DNA from: Antedon mediterranea
Lineage: Eukaryota > Animalia > Echinodermata
Direction: 5' to 3'
Assembly (NCBI RefSeq): GCF_964355755.1
Contig: NC_092672.1
Coordinates: forward strand, 20,845,237-20,909,236
Length of the DNA stretch: 64,000 nucleotides
Positions within the stretch are counted from its first letter, which is position 1. Every line of letters begins with the position of its first letter. A program made the position numbers and the translations under genes. The notes beneath the pieces are model-generated. The model saw only the letters and a program-made list of their open reading frames with translations. It was not told the origin of the DNA and searched no databases. This document shows positions 1 through 13,770 of this stretch, one piece after another.

Positions 1-1349
1 TCAATATATTGTGTATAGGATGTGAATAATATTCACTGAGGCTAAAACTTTCATAGTAGACCATGCTCACCAGGAGTATACCTATAAACAAATAAAGTGC
101 TGTATGTTCCATAATCATTGCTTATCCCATCAAAATTTGTTATACTTCAGTAAATAAAATAAATAAAAAATAAAAAAGTTAATTTTCGCACCAGTCCTTT
201 TAGTCCAAGAGCATTAGGGTTTGACCCGGAAATTTCTGGTAACAAGCTAATTTTTTCAGGAAAGGTCGAGAACTATGATTGGAACATCATACTAAAAGTC
301 CCAAAAAATCCTCCTTGTGCTCTCCGAGAAATCCAAGATGGCGTCCAAAATGGCTGCCATTTTAAATTGGTCTATAACTTTGTAACCGCTTGTCGTAGAG
401 TATCGATTTTGGTGTCAAATGGTTCAAAATATATACATTCCTATTTGCTCTAACAGACAATTTTGTCAAAAAATGGCCGCTACTACAGTTTCTGGCAGTT
501 TGACCTTTGACCTGGTCTTATCATATCTCGGTAATGGCTTGTCATAGAGAATTAAGATTAGGCCCAAATTGTTCAGAACATGCATATTTTTATTTGGTGT
601 AATGAAATATGTTATCCCAAAATGACCGGAAGTGAGGTTATTGACCTCTTATTGACCTATTCATATCTCTTTACCGTATCTCAAGAAATATTTGTCGTAG
701 AGCATTACTTTTGGTGTCAAATTGTTTGGAACATATACATTTCTATTTAGTCTAATACAACAGTTTGCCCTAAAAAGCTCGGAAGTAAGTTAATTTATTG
801 AAAACTTTAAAAATCAAAGCTACATAGGCAGAGGATATGAATACTGTTGAAAAAATCGAAATTTTAACTCTGCCTTAAAACATGTTCTGGGCATAGCACA
901 TCATCAGGTAACCTTGAGGGTAAATTTTCCTGTAAGGGTATGAACTATACAAGAAAAAAACCAAAATAATCATTTATTTAACTTCGATAGAACAAAGAAT
1001 ATCATGGGACACGTTAATTGAAATTCTCATACTAGTTATGGTTGAAAAGTTATTGCTACAAAATGTCACCTATATGTAGATGTCATGAATACATTTTAAA
1101 TGCGTTATTCGTCTGTAACTCGCATTACAGTACATACGCGAATTAGTGCTTTTGTTGAAATCACGTCATTATTTTTATTATTTATTATAGAAATTATGAT
1201 AATTATTTTTGTTCAGAGAAGTAGAAATTTTATGTAATTTACATACATACATATAGACTTTATGATACTGTGAGTGTGAGAATGAAATGTTCAGGTCATA
1301 TACATTTCGCATGGAAATGCTCAATTGGCAGGGAACACTATGTACATGG

Positions 1350-1650
1350 AATATGGCGCAGTGTGTTGGACGTTGGACTACCGATCGTCAGACCTAGGTT
1401 CGAATCCAACTCTCGCCGCATTGCTTGCAAGATACTTTACTTACGTTGCCTCTCTCCGCCCAGGTGTATAAATGGGTACCCAGTTAGATCTAGACACAAC
1501 TTTGCGCTGGTTACCGGCTGCATTATGGGAGTATGTTCCATACGTGTTTGATCCCAAAAAATACTGGGGTAATAATGCTTGTAAAGCGCCTTTGAGCATG
1601 ATTACTCATGAAAAGGCCGCTATATAAATGTGGTATTATATATATATTAT
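1350..1650 (+). mobile_element. tRNA-derived SINE with CORE-like middle and L2-type 3' tail
   Basis: Box A-like TGGCGCAGTGTG and box B GGTTCGAATCC; central ..CCTCTCTCCGCCCAGGTGTATAAATGGGTACC; tail GTAAAGCGCCTTTGAGC...GCTATATAAAT followed by TA-rich repeat. Confidence 0.75.
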
Positions 1651-2019
1651 ACTCCGGATTGTCAAAAACCTAAAGTTAAAGACCATTTTATTTGTAAAAA
1701 TAATGCATTTTGAAACATGAAACCAGGTAATTCCTTGTTTTAAAAGAGAATGCACTCTTGAATGTTCTCTCTAACCTCATAACGTCATAACTTTTGGGCA
1801 AACATGCAACAACACCCATACAGATGAACATGATGATAATGATGTGAAACACCAAGATGTTGAAGATGCAACATCAGATGATGAATGACTGTAACAGAAT
1901 GCTGCTGATCAATGTTGAAGTGATTTAAAGACCCTTTATTTTGCATATTTTTAATATTTAATAAATCATAGGGCATATGGCGATACTTTTTTCATCTTTA
2001 AACAGTTAAATATGTAACT

Positions 2020-2092
2020 GGGGGACTAGCTCAAATGGTAGAGCTCTCACTTAGCATGTGAGAGGTACCGGGATCATTGCCCGGGTATTCCA
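2020..2092 (+). tRNA. tRNA-Ala(AGC)-like gene, probably pseudogene
   Basis: GGGGGACTAGCTCAAATGGTAGAGC-TCTCAC-TTAGCAT-GTGAGA-GGTACCGGGATCATTGCCCGG-GTATTCCA: cloverleaf with AGC anticodon, G3:U70 pair and a downstream T-run. One acceptor-stem mismatch (G5:A68) and an altered T-loop. Confidence 0.8.
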
Positions 2093-2276
2093 ATCTATTT
2101 TTCATAGATTTCAGCAAGGACCAAATAAAATCTGAATCTGGAAAAGAAAGTCTATGCATGCCGAGTAAAGAGCGTTTGACGTGAAATACCTAGGGTATAT
2201 TCTCTTTTTATCATAAATAAGCCATACAACGAACATAAAGCAAGGAATGTTTCAAAATGCATTATTTTTACAAAGT

Positions 2277-2647
2277 CAACAAGGCCATACACATGGCTGC
2301 AGTCGCGTGCGTAAATTTGAGTTATTGTTTACTGACCGCCCAACTGAAATTGCTGAAAATGTTTAAAAATGTTCACATTTTTAAAAACATTTATATTTTC
2401 CTCCAAGTATTAAATAACATCCAGTGTCAAAATAACGAAAAAATATGAATATGAGTTAGTGTTTACCGACTGACCAACCGACCGAAATTGCTGAAAAAGT
2501 TAAAAAATGTTTAAAAATGTTTAAAAACATTTATATTTGCCTACAAGTATTAATATCCAGTGTTAAAATAATGAAAAAATATGAATATGAGTTAGTGTTT
2601 ACCGACCGACATAGTGAGCAATAGAGTCGCGTTTGCACGCAACTCAA
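2277..2647 (+). mobile_element. Helentron-associated (HINE/DINE-like) non-autonomous element
   Basis: ACAAGGCCA...GTCGCGTGC start, internal duplicated block, (ACCG)n microsatellite, end AGTCGCGTTTGCACGCAACT hairpin. A related copy in reverse lies at ~43465-43908. Confidence 0.55.
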
Positions 2648-3547
2648 AGTTGCATATAAATGGTCGGATATGTGCTGTGTACAAAGGTATTTGCCAATTG
2701 TCTTTTGTTTACTTAACCAACTTTGATTAGCCCCTGACAGTTATTCTTTGTAATTTATTGACTTTATATTTTCTTTTTGTAACAATTCACTTTACCTGAT
2801 GATGTGCTATGCCCAAAACATGTTTTAAGGCAGAGTTAAAACTTTGATTTTTATTTTACCTGCATTATTCATATCCTCTGCCTATGCAGTTTTCCATAAA
2901 TTAACTTACTTCCGAGCATTTGGGGGCAAACTGTTGTATTAGACTAAATAGAAATGTATATGTTCCAAACAATATGACACCAAAAGTAATGCTCTACGAC
3001 AAATATTTCTTGAGATACGGTAAAGAGATATGAATAGGTCAATAAGAAGTCAATAACCTCACTTCCGGTCATTTTGGGATAAAATATTTTATTACACCAA
3101 ACAAAAATATGCATGTTCTGAACAATTTGGGCCTAATCTTAATTCTCTATGACAAGCCATTACCGAGATATGATAAGACCAGGTCAAAGGTCAAACTGCC
3201 AGAAACTGTAGTAGCGGCCATTTTTTGACAACATTTTCTGTTAGAGCAAATAGGAATGTATATATTGTGAACTATTTGACACCAAAATCGATACTCTACG
3301 ACAAGCGGTTAGAAAGTTATAGACCAATTTAAAATGGCAGCCATTTTGGACGCCATCTTGGATTTCTCGGAGAGCACAAGGAGGATTTTTCGGGACTTTT
3401 AGTATGATGTTCCAATCATAGTTCTCGACCTTTCCTGAAAAAATTAGCTTGTTACCAGAAATTTTCGGGTCTGCCTATACTTATGAACTAATGCTCTTGG
3501 ACTATTTAGGGAGTGTTGCAGCAACAAAATTCCGGGAAAGAAAGAAG

Positions 3548-5135
3548 AACTAGACATGAAACTCGTCACTTTGACGAGTTAGTTATCCGCTCGACAAACG
3601 CCACGTGCACGTCATACGTTAGAATATTGCCCACAGAAAAATATTAAGGCATTATGACCTGAACTGAAGAATATGATATGTTGTTATTTTGAATTCTGTT
3701 ATTTTGTGTCATATAGTAGTATACACAGTACAATCTGTATACATATCACAAACAGTGTAAAATAGGTGAAATTACGGGACCCGTATTTTATTGTAATTTT
3801 TAACATCTTGACGGTTTCAAAATAAAATGCAAAAGTAGAAAGTTCTGAATGAAATTATCTCAGCAACAACATATTAACGTGTAGAAGAAATTTGAATACG
3901 TGAAATATTGATGCGCGCTCTTTTAAATGTAATGAAATATAATGCAAAAGATGAAAATACGACTTTTTTTATTTAACTGGCCATATGATGACGTCACAAC
4001 ATTCGATTGGCACAATTTACACATGATTTTGTATTTACAATACAATAGCTTCCTGAAAACGTTTTTATCGTGATTATCACATTTTATTCTTCCGAGGTAT
4101 AACAGATTAAAATTTACTGTAAAGATGAAATTAATGACCAACGTAATTTAAATTTTTAGGCATGATGACGTTAAAAAATTAAAAAATTTTAATTCATGCA
4201 AAAAATAGTTGATTGACCTAGAATATATTAAAATCGGGGTGAAAATGGACAACGAATAAGTGGAGATGCGCTCTATTAAATGTGATGAGCTATGACGAAA
4301 GAGACAAAAATCCTATATTTTATATTCGCGTGGCCATACGATGACGTCACAATGTCCGGTTAGCCATATTAATGTATGATCCGATATCTAAAACTCATCA
4401 ACTTCCAGAATATGTAATTTTAAAAAAAGTTCTCCACGTAGTTTAGAATCTATGACTGTTTAAAAATAGGCATAATTTTGACAAATTTTTGAACTTTTTC
4501 ACCAAAAACGCGCGCAAATTATCTAATTCGACGTGCTCGTATGACGTAATTTTAAGTCGAAATTGTTTAAAAGTTGGTAACATTACTAGAAAAGGCTGAA
4601 AAAACATAAATCACGCGAAAAAAATATGTTTTTAACGCTACGTGTGCACCGCGTGCGTAAAAATTTTCCCGCGCGTGGGAATTTTTGACATGCTCAAAAT
4701 GACATGAAACGCATATAAAGTTGATTAGAAGTTGATTTTTCGCACATTAAAATTTTAAACGCGCATGCGCGCGTAACTTTTTGTGAAACATGCTATTTTT
4801 AATCCATAGAATGTTTGCGCTTGATATGACTTAAATTTTCACAAAGTTTCAAAACAAAATTATGTTTGGTTTTTAGTCTATGATCAATCATTGAAATTCA
4901 TAAAATCGCAAGTAAGTCACGTTGCGCAACTCTGACGTCATTCAAAAATAGGAGGTGCACAAGTTCACGTAAATGTCGATATGTTGACAAAGTTACGATA
5001 TGTTCTGTTTACACGTTTTAGAGAAACGCGACGCACAAAAATGACAGAAAGAAAGAAGTATAATACAGAAAAAAAAAAATTTGATGAAACAGGACGATTA
5101 CAAGGAGTTATCCGCTACTAAGCGGATAACTAATA
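3548..5135. mobile_element. Non-autonomous Helentron/HINE-like repeat (second family)
   Basis: Subterminal motif GTTATCCGC near the 5' end (3582) recurs as a 3' hairpin GTTATCCGCTACTAAGCGGATAAC (~5107-5130). CpG-rich non-coding body. Confidence 0.5.
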
Positions 5136-5219
5136 AAGATGAAAAAAAAAAAAGATATTTACAATAACAAGGGTTATTGCGGATAACCAAAAAACGATCG
5201 AAAAAAAAAAAAAAAACGG

Positions 5220-6270
5220 CGTGAAGTTGAAAGTGTCCAAACGAAACAGTTCTTGTCCGCTTGCTTCTGTTTTGATTCTGCTTGGGTCTTCCTCGATTAT
5301 CTTCTTTGTCTTTATCCAATGGTTATAATTTGATCAAATTTCTGCTTGTCTCGATCTCATTCAAATATAATTTCAGCTTGTCTTTTGTGTCTTCCTCGAT
5401 TATCTTCTTTGTCTTCATCCAATGGTAATAATTTGATACAATTTCTGCTTGTCTCGATCTCATTCAAATATAATTTCAGCTTGTCTTTTGAGTCAAAGTA
5501 AATTTCTGGTTTTCTCCTTTCAAACAAATATGGTTATTTTTGTCTTCGTCTTCGTGTCTTGTTAAGTGTTTATTTCTTGTTTTCTCACTCTGTTCCTTAT
5601 GAATTTTGGGTCTTCCACCATGTAATATAATGTTGCGTTGTTGAGGTACTAATGAAGGACTCTGACTCGCTTGACTGTCGTAACACATATATTGTTTATT
5701 CAGTATAATACTTCAGTACAATATACAACTATAAGTATAGATAAGGAACGGACGATCAATGATGCTGTCAGTGAGGTGTGAAGTGTGTAGGTCTGCTTCT
5801 GAAGAAGTGGCTGTGAGGTGTAGATGTTCTTCTGAAGAAGTGGCTGTGAGGTGTAGATGTTCTTCTGAAGAAGTGGCTGTAGGGTGTGTCTGGGCCCTTC
5901 TGAAACTTGGGGGTATATTGGCTCAGTTCATTTGCATAATGTCATTACATCATTTATGGAGCTAATGATTGGTCCTAAGTTGATCCAGGGGTGTTTAAGT
6001 GGGAATGGTTGATCTTATCTGGGGAGGTTACATGATGAATTGGCCCTGTCGAATCTCTGCTTAAAACTGTCAGTATCTAATTGTTTTACGATGGGAACAG
6101 TCGCAAAGTTAAGCTAAGTGTTTTCTTTAGGGACTCTAATATAAACTAAATGGTCATTAAAACATCTGGACAAACTCTCCTCTGGACTTTCTGGGTCAAG
6201 TTTGTGAACCTATTTAAATTCCGATACAAAGGTCAATTTCTTAAATATAAAAGTATATCGTTATATTACA
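5220..6270 (-). mobile_element. 5' LTR (5621-6270), PBS and truncated leader of an LTR retrotransposon inserted in a ROCO intron
   Basis: LTR bounded by inverted 10-mers TGTAATATAA...TTATATTACA, with minus-strand AATAAA near 5695-5700 and a 33-bp x3 internal repeat. PBS TGGTGGAAGACCC immediately follows (5608-5620). Homology to ROCO copy 2 ends at the LTR edge. Confidence 0.75.
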
Positions 6271-6571
6271 CTAGATAGAATATATGAACAAATAATTAAA
6301 CTAAAATGTTAAATAAAATGTAAATACCTCTTTACTCCTTTTTTCACACATTACCCCAAAGGTTTGCATGAGAGACACAAAGAAGATAATCATCTCATCT
6401 GACTCATCCTTCCAAATATGCTGCAGTCTTTCATCTAGTTTGCCCCCATTTAAATTTTTCCAAAGCTGTTTCAGAAATGGCTAAAAAACATAAAAGCACA
6501 AAAGTGTAATTTGTTAATGCAACAAAGTAATTATTATTCTTCTGGTCAGTAGAACCTCTCCTTTGGGAAAA

Positions 6572-7121
6572 CCTTATTGAAGCTTACTTGTGAAATGAAT
6601 GAGAGGCAGACTAACACCATGGCTAACCTCTATTAAGGGGACACTTTGTTGGGCCTTCCCTTAAACCTAATTGAAACTTACTGGTGAAATGAATGAGAGG
6701 CAGATTAACACCATGGCTAACCTCTATTAAGGGGACACTTTGTTGGCCCTTCCCTTAAACCTTATTGAAACTTACTTGTGAAATGAAAGAGAGACAGATT
6801 AACACCATGGCTAACCTCTATTAAGGGGACACTTTGTTGGGCCTTCCCTTAAACCTTATTGAAACTTACTGGTGAAATGAATGAGAGGCAGATTAACACC
6901 ATAGCTAACCTCTATTAAGGGGACACTTTGTTGGGCCTTCCCTTAAACCTTATTAAAACTTACTTGTGAAATGAAAGAGACAGATTAAGACCATGGCTAA
7001 CCTCTATTAAGGGGACACTTTGTTGGGCCTTCCCTTAAACCTTATTAAAACTTACTTGTGAAATGAAAGAGAGACAGATTAAGACCATGGCTAACCTCTA
7101 TTAAGGGGACACTTTGTTGGG
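6572..7121. repeat. Intronic minisatellite, ~94-bp unit x ~6
   Basis: Repeated CCTTATTGAAACTTACTGGTGAAATGAATGAGAGGCAGATTAACACCATGGCTAACCTCTATTAAGGGGACACTTTGTTGGGCCTTCCCTTAAA. Confidence 0.95.
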
Positions 7122-8001
7122 TGCTACAGTAATATGTTTATTAGAATATAATAGAAATAATAAGGTATAATTTCGTTCTCTGTGTGGCAGATATTACATT
7201 TTTGCAGCAAAATCCATCACACTAAAAAAAAATTACCACAATGTTTACGTCTGATGATATTCACCAATGATTGACACCACTCAAAGAAGTGAAGTTTGCT
7301 AACCTGAATGCTGGGATCTATAACTGTGATTATTGTTTTAAACTTGTCAACTACTCCCATCAAATCTATAACAATTTTTTCTTTGAGGATCTTGTCATCT
7401 GGGTAGAACAGAATTTCGCCGATGTCATGCAAGTACTCAAGAAACAGTTTTCTGTCAGTTATCTTACAACGAGCAAGTAAATCATTAATCTAAAAGTTAA
7501 ATAAATATCATAATGAAAAATGTAATGAAAAAAAAAATGCTGATTAATTACAAACTGGTTTTCTGTTGATGTTATCATTCATTTCGTTGTTGAAAGGTTG
7601 TTTATTGTTTATATAGGACATAATACTTTATCATGCAAGGGTAGATTTGAATTCTGAAATTTTCCCAACCAACAGTAAACTCAAGGTTCACCACTTACTT
7701 CAATAATTATTAGAGGACAAAAAATGTTCCTTTTGTTTTGGTACTTGGTACTCTACTAAAATTGCACCGTTCCTGTTTGAAGATTCACTTCAAACACTCA
7801 TTTGTTGAAGATTCACCATAAACAGTCAATTAACACAGACAGAGAAGCAGGGATTACTGTTATATTACTATCAATAACAAACTTGTATCCCACACAATTT
7901 CAAATGTAATAAAAACAAGTTTGCTTTTTTTTCACTATAATTAACACCATTCAATGCAAAAACAGGGTTTATTGCTTTAAATGTAATGGATGTTATGTTA
8001 A

Positions 8002-11000
8002 ACATATATCAGGCATCTGCTATTAACAACACTATCATGGAAGTGGAAATAACAACAATCATATATCAGGCATCTGCTATTAACAACACTATAATGGAAG
8101 TGAAAATAACAACAATCATATATCAGGCATCTGCTATTAACAACACTATCATGGAAGTGGAAATAACAACAATCATATATCAGGTATCTGCTATTAACAA
8201 CACTATCATGGAAGTGGAATTAACAACAATCATATATCAGGTATCTGCTATTAACAACACTATCATGGAAGTGGAAATAACAATAATCATATATCAGGCA
8301 TCTGCTATTAACAACACTATCATGGAAGTGGAAATAACAACAATCATATATCAGGCATCTGCTATTAACAACACTATCATGGAAGTGAAAATAACAACAA
8401 TCATATATCAGGCATCTGCTATTAACAACACTATCATGGAAGTGGAAATAACAACAATCATATATCAGGTATCTGCTATTAACAACACTATCATGGAAGT
8501 GGAATTAACAACAATCATATATCAGGTATCTGCTATTAACAACACTATCATGGAAGTGGAAATAACAACAATCATATATCAGGCATCTGCTATTAACAAC
8601 ACTATCATGGAAGTGGAATTAACAACAATCATATATCAGGCATCTGCTATTAACAACACTATCATGGAAGTGAAAATAACAACAATCATATATCAGGCAT
8701 CTGCTATTAACAACACTATCATGGAAGTGGAATTAACAACAATCATATATCAGGCATCTGCTATTAACAACACTATCATGGAAGTGGAAATAACAACAAT
8801 CATATATCAGGCATCTGCTATTAACAACACTATCATGGAAGTGGAAATAACAACAATCATATATCAGGCATCTGCTATTAAAAACACTATCATGGAAGTG
8901 AAAATAACAACAATCATATATCAGGCATCTGCTATTAACAACACTATCATGGAAGTGGAAATAACAACAATCATATATCAGGTATCTGCTATTAACAACA
9001 CTATCATGGAAGTGGAATTAACAACAATCATATATCAGGTATCTGCTATTAACAACACTATCATGGAAGTGGAAATAACAACAATCATATATCAGGCATC
9101 TGCTATTAAAAACACTATCATGGAAGTGGAATTAACAACAATCATATATCAGGCATCTGCTATTAACAACACTATCATGGAAGTGAAAATAACAACAATC
9201 ATATATCAGGCATCTGCTATTAACAACACTATCATGGAAGTGGAATTAACAACAATCATATATCAGGCATCTGCTATTAACAACACTATCATGGAAGTGG
9301 AAATAACAACAATCATATATCAGGCATCTGCTATTAACAACACTATCATGGAAGTGGAAATAACAACAATCATATATCAGGCATCTGCTATTAACAACAC
9401 TATCATGAAAGTGGAATTAACAACAATCATATATCAGGCATCTGCTATTAACAACACTATCATGAAAGTGGAAATAACAACAATCATATATCAGGCATCT
9501 GCTATTAACAACACTATCATGGAAGTGGAAATAACAACAATCATATATCAGGCATCTGCTATTAACAACACTATCATGGAAGTAGAATTAACAACAATCA
9601 TATATCAGGCATCTGCTATTAACAACACTATCATGAAAGTGGAAATAACAACAATCATATATCAGGCATCTGCTATTAACAACACTATCATGGAAGTAGA
9701 ATTAACAACAATCATATATCAGGCATCTGCTATTAACAACACTATCATGGAAGTGGAATTAACAACAATCATATATCAGGCATCTGCTAATATTATTAAC
9801 AACACTATCATGGAAGTGGAATTAACAACAATCATATATCAGGCATCTGCTATTAACAACACTATCATGGAAGTGGAATTAACAACAATCATATATCAGG
9901 CATCTGCTATTAACAACACTATCATGGAAGTGGAATTAACAACAATCATATATCAGGCATCTGCTATTAACAACACTATCATGGAAGTGAAAATAACAAC
10001 AATCATATATCATTATCAGGCATCTGCTATTAACAACACTATCATGGAAGTGGAAATAACAACAATCATATATCAGGCATCTGCTATTAACAACACTATC
10101 ATGAAAGTGGAAATAACAACAATCATACAGTATATCAGGCATCTGCTATTAACAACACTATCATGGAAGTGGAAATAACAACAATCATATATCAGGCATC
10201 TGCTATTAACAACACTATCATGGAAGTAGAATTAACAACAATCATATATCAGGCATCTGCTATTAACAACACTATCATGGAAGTGGAATTAACAACAATC
10301 ATATATCAGGCATCTGCTATTATTATTAACAACACTATCATGGAAGTGGAATTAACAACAATCATATATCAGGCATCTGCTATTAACAACACTATCATGG
10401 AAGTGGAAATAACAACAATCATATATCAGGCATCTGCTATTAACAACACTATCATGGAAGTGGAATTAACAACAATCATATATCAGGTATCTGCTATTAA
10501 CAACACTATCATGGAAGTGGAATTAACAACAATCATATATCAGGCATCTGCTATTAACAACACTATCATGGAAGTGGAATTAACAACAATCATATATCAG
10601 GCATCTGCTATTAACAACACTATCATGGAAGTGAAAATAACAACAATCATATATCATTATCAGGCATCTGCTATTAACAACACTATCATGGAAGTGGAAA
10701 TAACAACAATCATATATCAGGCATCTGCTATTAACAACACTATCATGGAAGTGGAATTAACAACAATCATATATCAGGCATCTGCTATTAACAACACTAT
10801 CATAGAAGTGGAAATAACAACAATCATATATCAGGCATCTGCTATTAACAACACTATCATGGAAGTGGAATTAACAACAATCATATATCAGGCATCTGCT
10901 ATTATTATTAACAACACTATCATGGAAGTGGAATTAACAACAATCATATATCAGGCATCTGCTATTAACAACACTATCATGGAAGTGGAATTAACAACAA

Positions 11001-11079
11001 TCATATATCAGGCATCTGCTATTAACAACACTATCATGGAAGTGGAAATAACAACAATCATATATCAGGCATCTGCTAT
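8002..11079. repeat. Minisatellite, 57-bp unit x ~54
   Basis: ATCAGGCATCTGCTATTAACAACACTATCATGGAAGTGGAAATAACAACAATCATAT repeated. It produces the spurious 730-aa and 327-aa ORFs. Confidence 0.97.
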
Positions 11080-13587
11080 TTGCACAGTTTGTGTTAAGGT
11101 AAAGAATAACATGAAGGAAACATTTTATTTATGTACAATTACATAAACATTTGAAATTTGTAAAATCTACTTACAGTAGTTGGATCACGAACTTTAGCTG
11201 GGGCATTAAGACCTTCATTCATGTTGAATACCACACATACAACAGCATAAGATACCATGAATATCTAGTAAACATAATCATAATAGTCAATATTACAAAC
11301 TGTTTATACACATGTGTCAGTATACTGGCACAACTGATTATAATTTGATACTTTTGTTTTCCTCACAAACTGCATGTTAACCTTGGAAACATTTACAATC
11401 TTAATCATTGGTTTAATAAATAATGAATGTTTAATATTACATTCTTTCTTTTCTATCCCTCTCTGCTAATAATACATTATATTACATCAATTAATACTAT
11501 TTTACTTAAAGTCTCCCAAAACTGGACACCATTCGGCTGGCATAATATGTCTTGGTTTACAGAAATTCTGATATTCCAAATGTATTTTTAAAGGTAAAAA
11601 AGAATTTGGAACTTTTGACCTCAATTCTGGGTTTGGTTTCTGGTAATTAGGGACTAGAGACCGAGTTGACTTTATTAAATTAAATGAAGAATAAAATAAT
11701 TTATAATATTGTAATAATAATAATAATTGTATTTTATATCTGATACTGACATATTGTACTATATTAGATCCACATTTTTGTAATACCTTGGAGGAAGATT
11801 ATAGGTTCTTAACTTCAAATCAAGTGAGCAAGCTTTTTGATTTCAGTGCTCATATTGTAACAAGGCCAAAAGACAAAGTATACACTGAAACTAACAGAAG
11901 CTCAGAAGAAGGCATGTATATTGAATATTGACGGCAAAACTAATCTCTATTAATAAAATTAAATACACCAATAAAATTTACCCGTTGTATCACATGGTAA
12001 ATTGGTTGACCACCAAAGTCCCAGATATGCATAAAAAACTTGTTGCTATCCACTTTAGAGTCACCACCTTCTCTTGCAGAGCGAAGTTTGCTTACAAATT
12101 TGTTCCTGAACCCTTTAGGAATTTCTGGTTTTTCTTCATACACTGGTTCTGTTGTGATAAAATATATAACACATACAACAACTTGCATTAGGTCTCAATT
12201 GTGATTACCAACTATAACTTTTTTATTTAAAGAAAAAGTATTTCTAATGCAATATTTAAGTATTCTAAACCTTATCCTTTCCAATCAATGGTTTAGTGAT
12301 GAGTTTATTTAACCACATTGTACTGCAAGTTGAATAGATTACACAGCAGTGTCATACAATATACAAATATTAGTATTAACTGTCAAAGTAACTTGCAAGA
12401 TAATATATGTTCATTAGCAGACACTGATGATTATCATTAAATTTCCACTCCTTTAATCATTTCAATATTTAGCACTTTAGTCTTTATTTCTGATATCATT
12501 AAAATGTATGAACAGCACAATCAAACACATTTCAAAATAAATATTTACCCTCTTTTTGTGGACTTGGCATTGGATTTGAACTTGTTGATGTTTCAGCAAA
12601 TTTGGCTTCCTGTTTTGATGTTGATGCTCCTGTGGGGTTTTTCTCTTCCTCATGTCTACTTTCTGAAAAATGTGATGATATAATTAAAGATGATGCTATC
12701 TTGTTATAAATAGCATAATGTATTAGTATTCATCATTATGCTTTATAATCAAATTAACTTGGCAAGAACAAAGGTTAGTGTAATGAATCATTTTTTGTCG
12801 ATTCCAACCTGATCCAATTTGCCATCATCATTATAATATGTGTACCTTTTGTATTCTCTATTTGAATTCAAATGTCACAGCAGTAATCACAGCAAAATGC
12901 TGTATAAAGTCTTTTATCAAAACTTTTATATTAAATTTATTTAAAAAAATCTCTTTTGTACCAATTTTATATTGATTGGTATTTTGTGCCTTTTATGTTT
13001 ATACTTTTTAATTTATTTTACAGCAGATTACAATAACAATAAAGAAATTTTAAGTAAATTTGAATTAACTTTCATTAAAATCTTTTACCAGATTTTGTTT
13101 CCTGCTTTGATGGTCCTGCTCTTGGTGTGTATCCTTTTGTATGGCGTGGACTTTTCAACATTTGTTTAACTGTGACATCAGTGACAGCATCCTGATACAT
13201 GTCTAAAGCTTTTAAATTAAAAAATGTTAATAAAATCCTGTATATATTATTTTATTTCTTACACTGTTACGTTGGTTTTTAAAAGCATAGAAACTTTGAA
13301 ACCATTTTTATGAAGTTGTTGCAATAATTTAAAAACTAATTTATCCTCAAATTGAATTTAAATAACTTGTATGTTTATATGGTAGTGGTTTTCTCCGTGC
13401 ATTTATGAAATATCAAAGTCATTTGTGTGCAAGAACTAGTCGCAAATTGTCACCCAAATATTAAACCTAGAGTGTCTATTCAATTGATTTACAATGACAT
13501 GAGAACAACAATTATTTGGTAAAAAAATAAAACATAATAAAACAAGTTGTGACATGACAGTGCATGAGTATGGGTGAATTTTAAATT

Positions 13588-13770
13588 TGGAGTAGAGTTG
13601 TGGCTTGGTGGTTATGATGCTTGGCTACCAATTGAAGGGTGCTGGGTTGAAGTCATGTCATATTCCAGGATTTTTTCTAATGACAATTTAATACAACTCC
13701 ACTCCCAAAGACTTGTAATAAGACTTTGTTTATGTAGAGCATCTTGTGTATGTTTGTATTGTGAACATGA
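13588..13770 (+). mobile_element. tRNA-derived SINE, 3'-truncated (family also at 14340-14480 reversed, 21357-21606, 41727-41900)
   Basis: GAGTAGAGTTGTGGCTTGGTGGTT...GGGTTGAAGTC box A/B, and ACTCCACTCCCAAAGACTT body shared with the other copies. Confidence 0.7.

Larger units (their letters stand above)
201..3504. mobile_element. Non-autonomous long-TIR DNA transposon, Academ-like (about 710-bp TIRs), carrying nested SINE, tRNA and Helentron-type inserts
   Basis: Starts TAGTCCAAGAGCATTAG (201) and ends CTAATGCTCTTGGACTA (3488-3504). Segment 201-~910 is the reverse complement of ~2790-3504. TTT flanks both ends (3-bp TSD candidate). TAG...CTA termini with a 3-4 bp TSD fit Academ (family call is inference). 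A decayed Cys-rich then acidic ORF end (..CNNTHTDEHDDNDVKHQDVEDATSDDE*) at ~1660-1888 may be a transposase C-terminal remnant. Confidence 0.8.

Noticed and set aside
71-81. Possible 11-nt minus-strand micro-exon (TTTATAG|GTATACTCCTG|GTGAG)
   Set aside because: Splice signals look good, but no context is available at the window edge to assign it.
7986-11146. 730-aa and 327-aa repeat ORFs as a repetitive protein gene
   Set aside because: The 57-bp unit simply lacks stops in one frame. It is intronic and antisense to ROCO, frameshifted, and its copy number differs about five-fold between duplicates.
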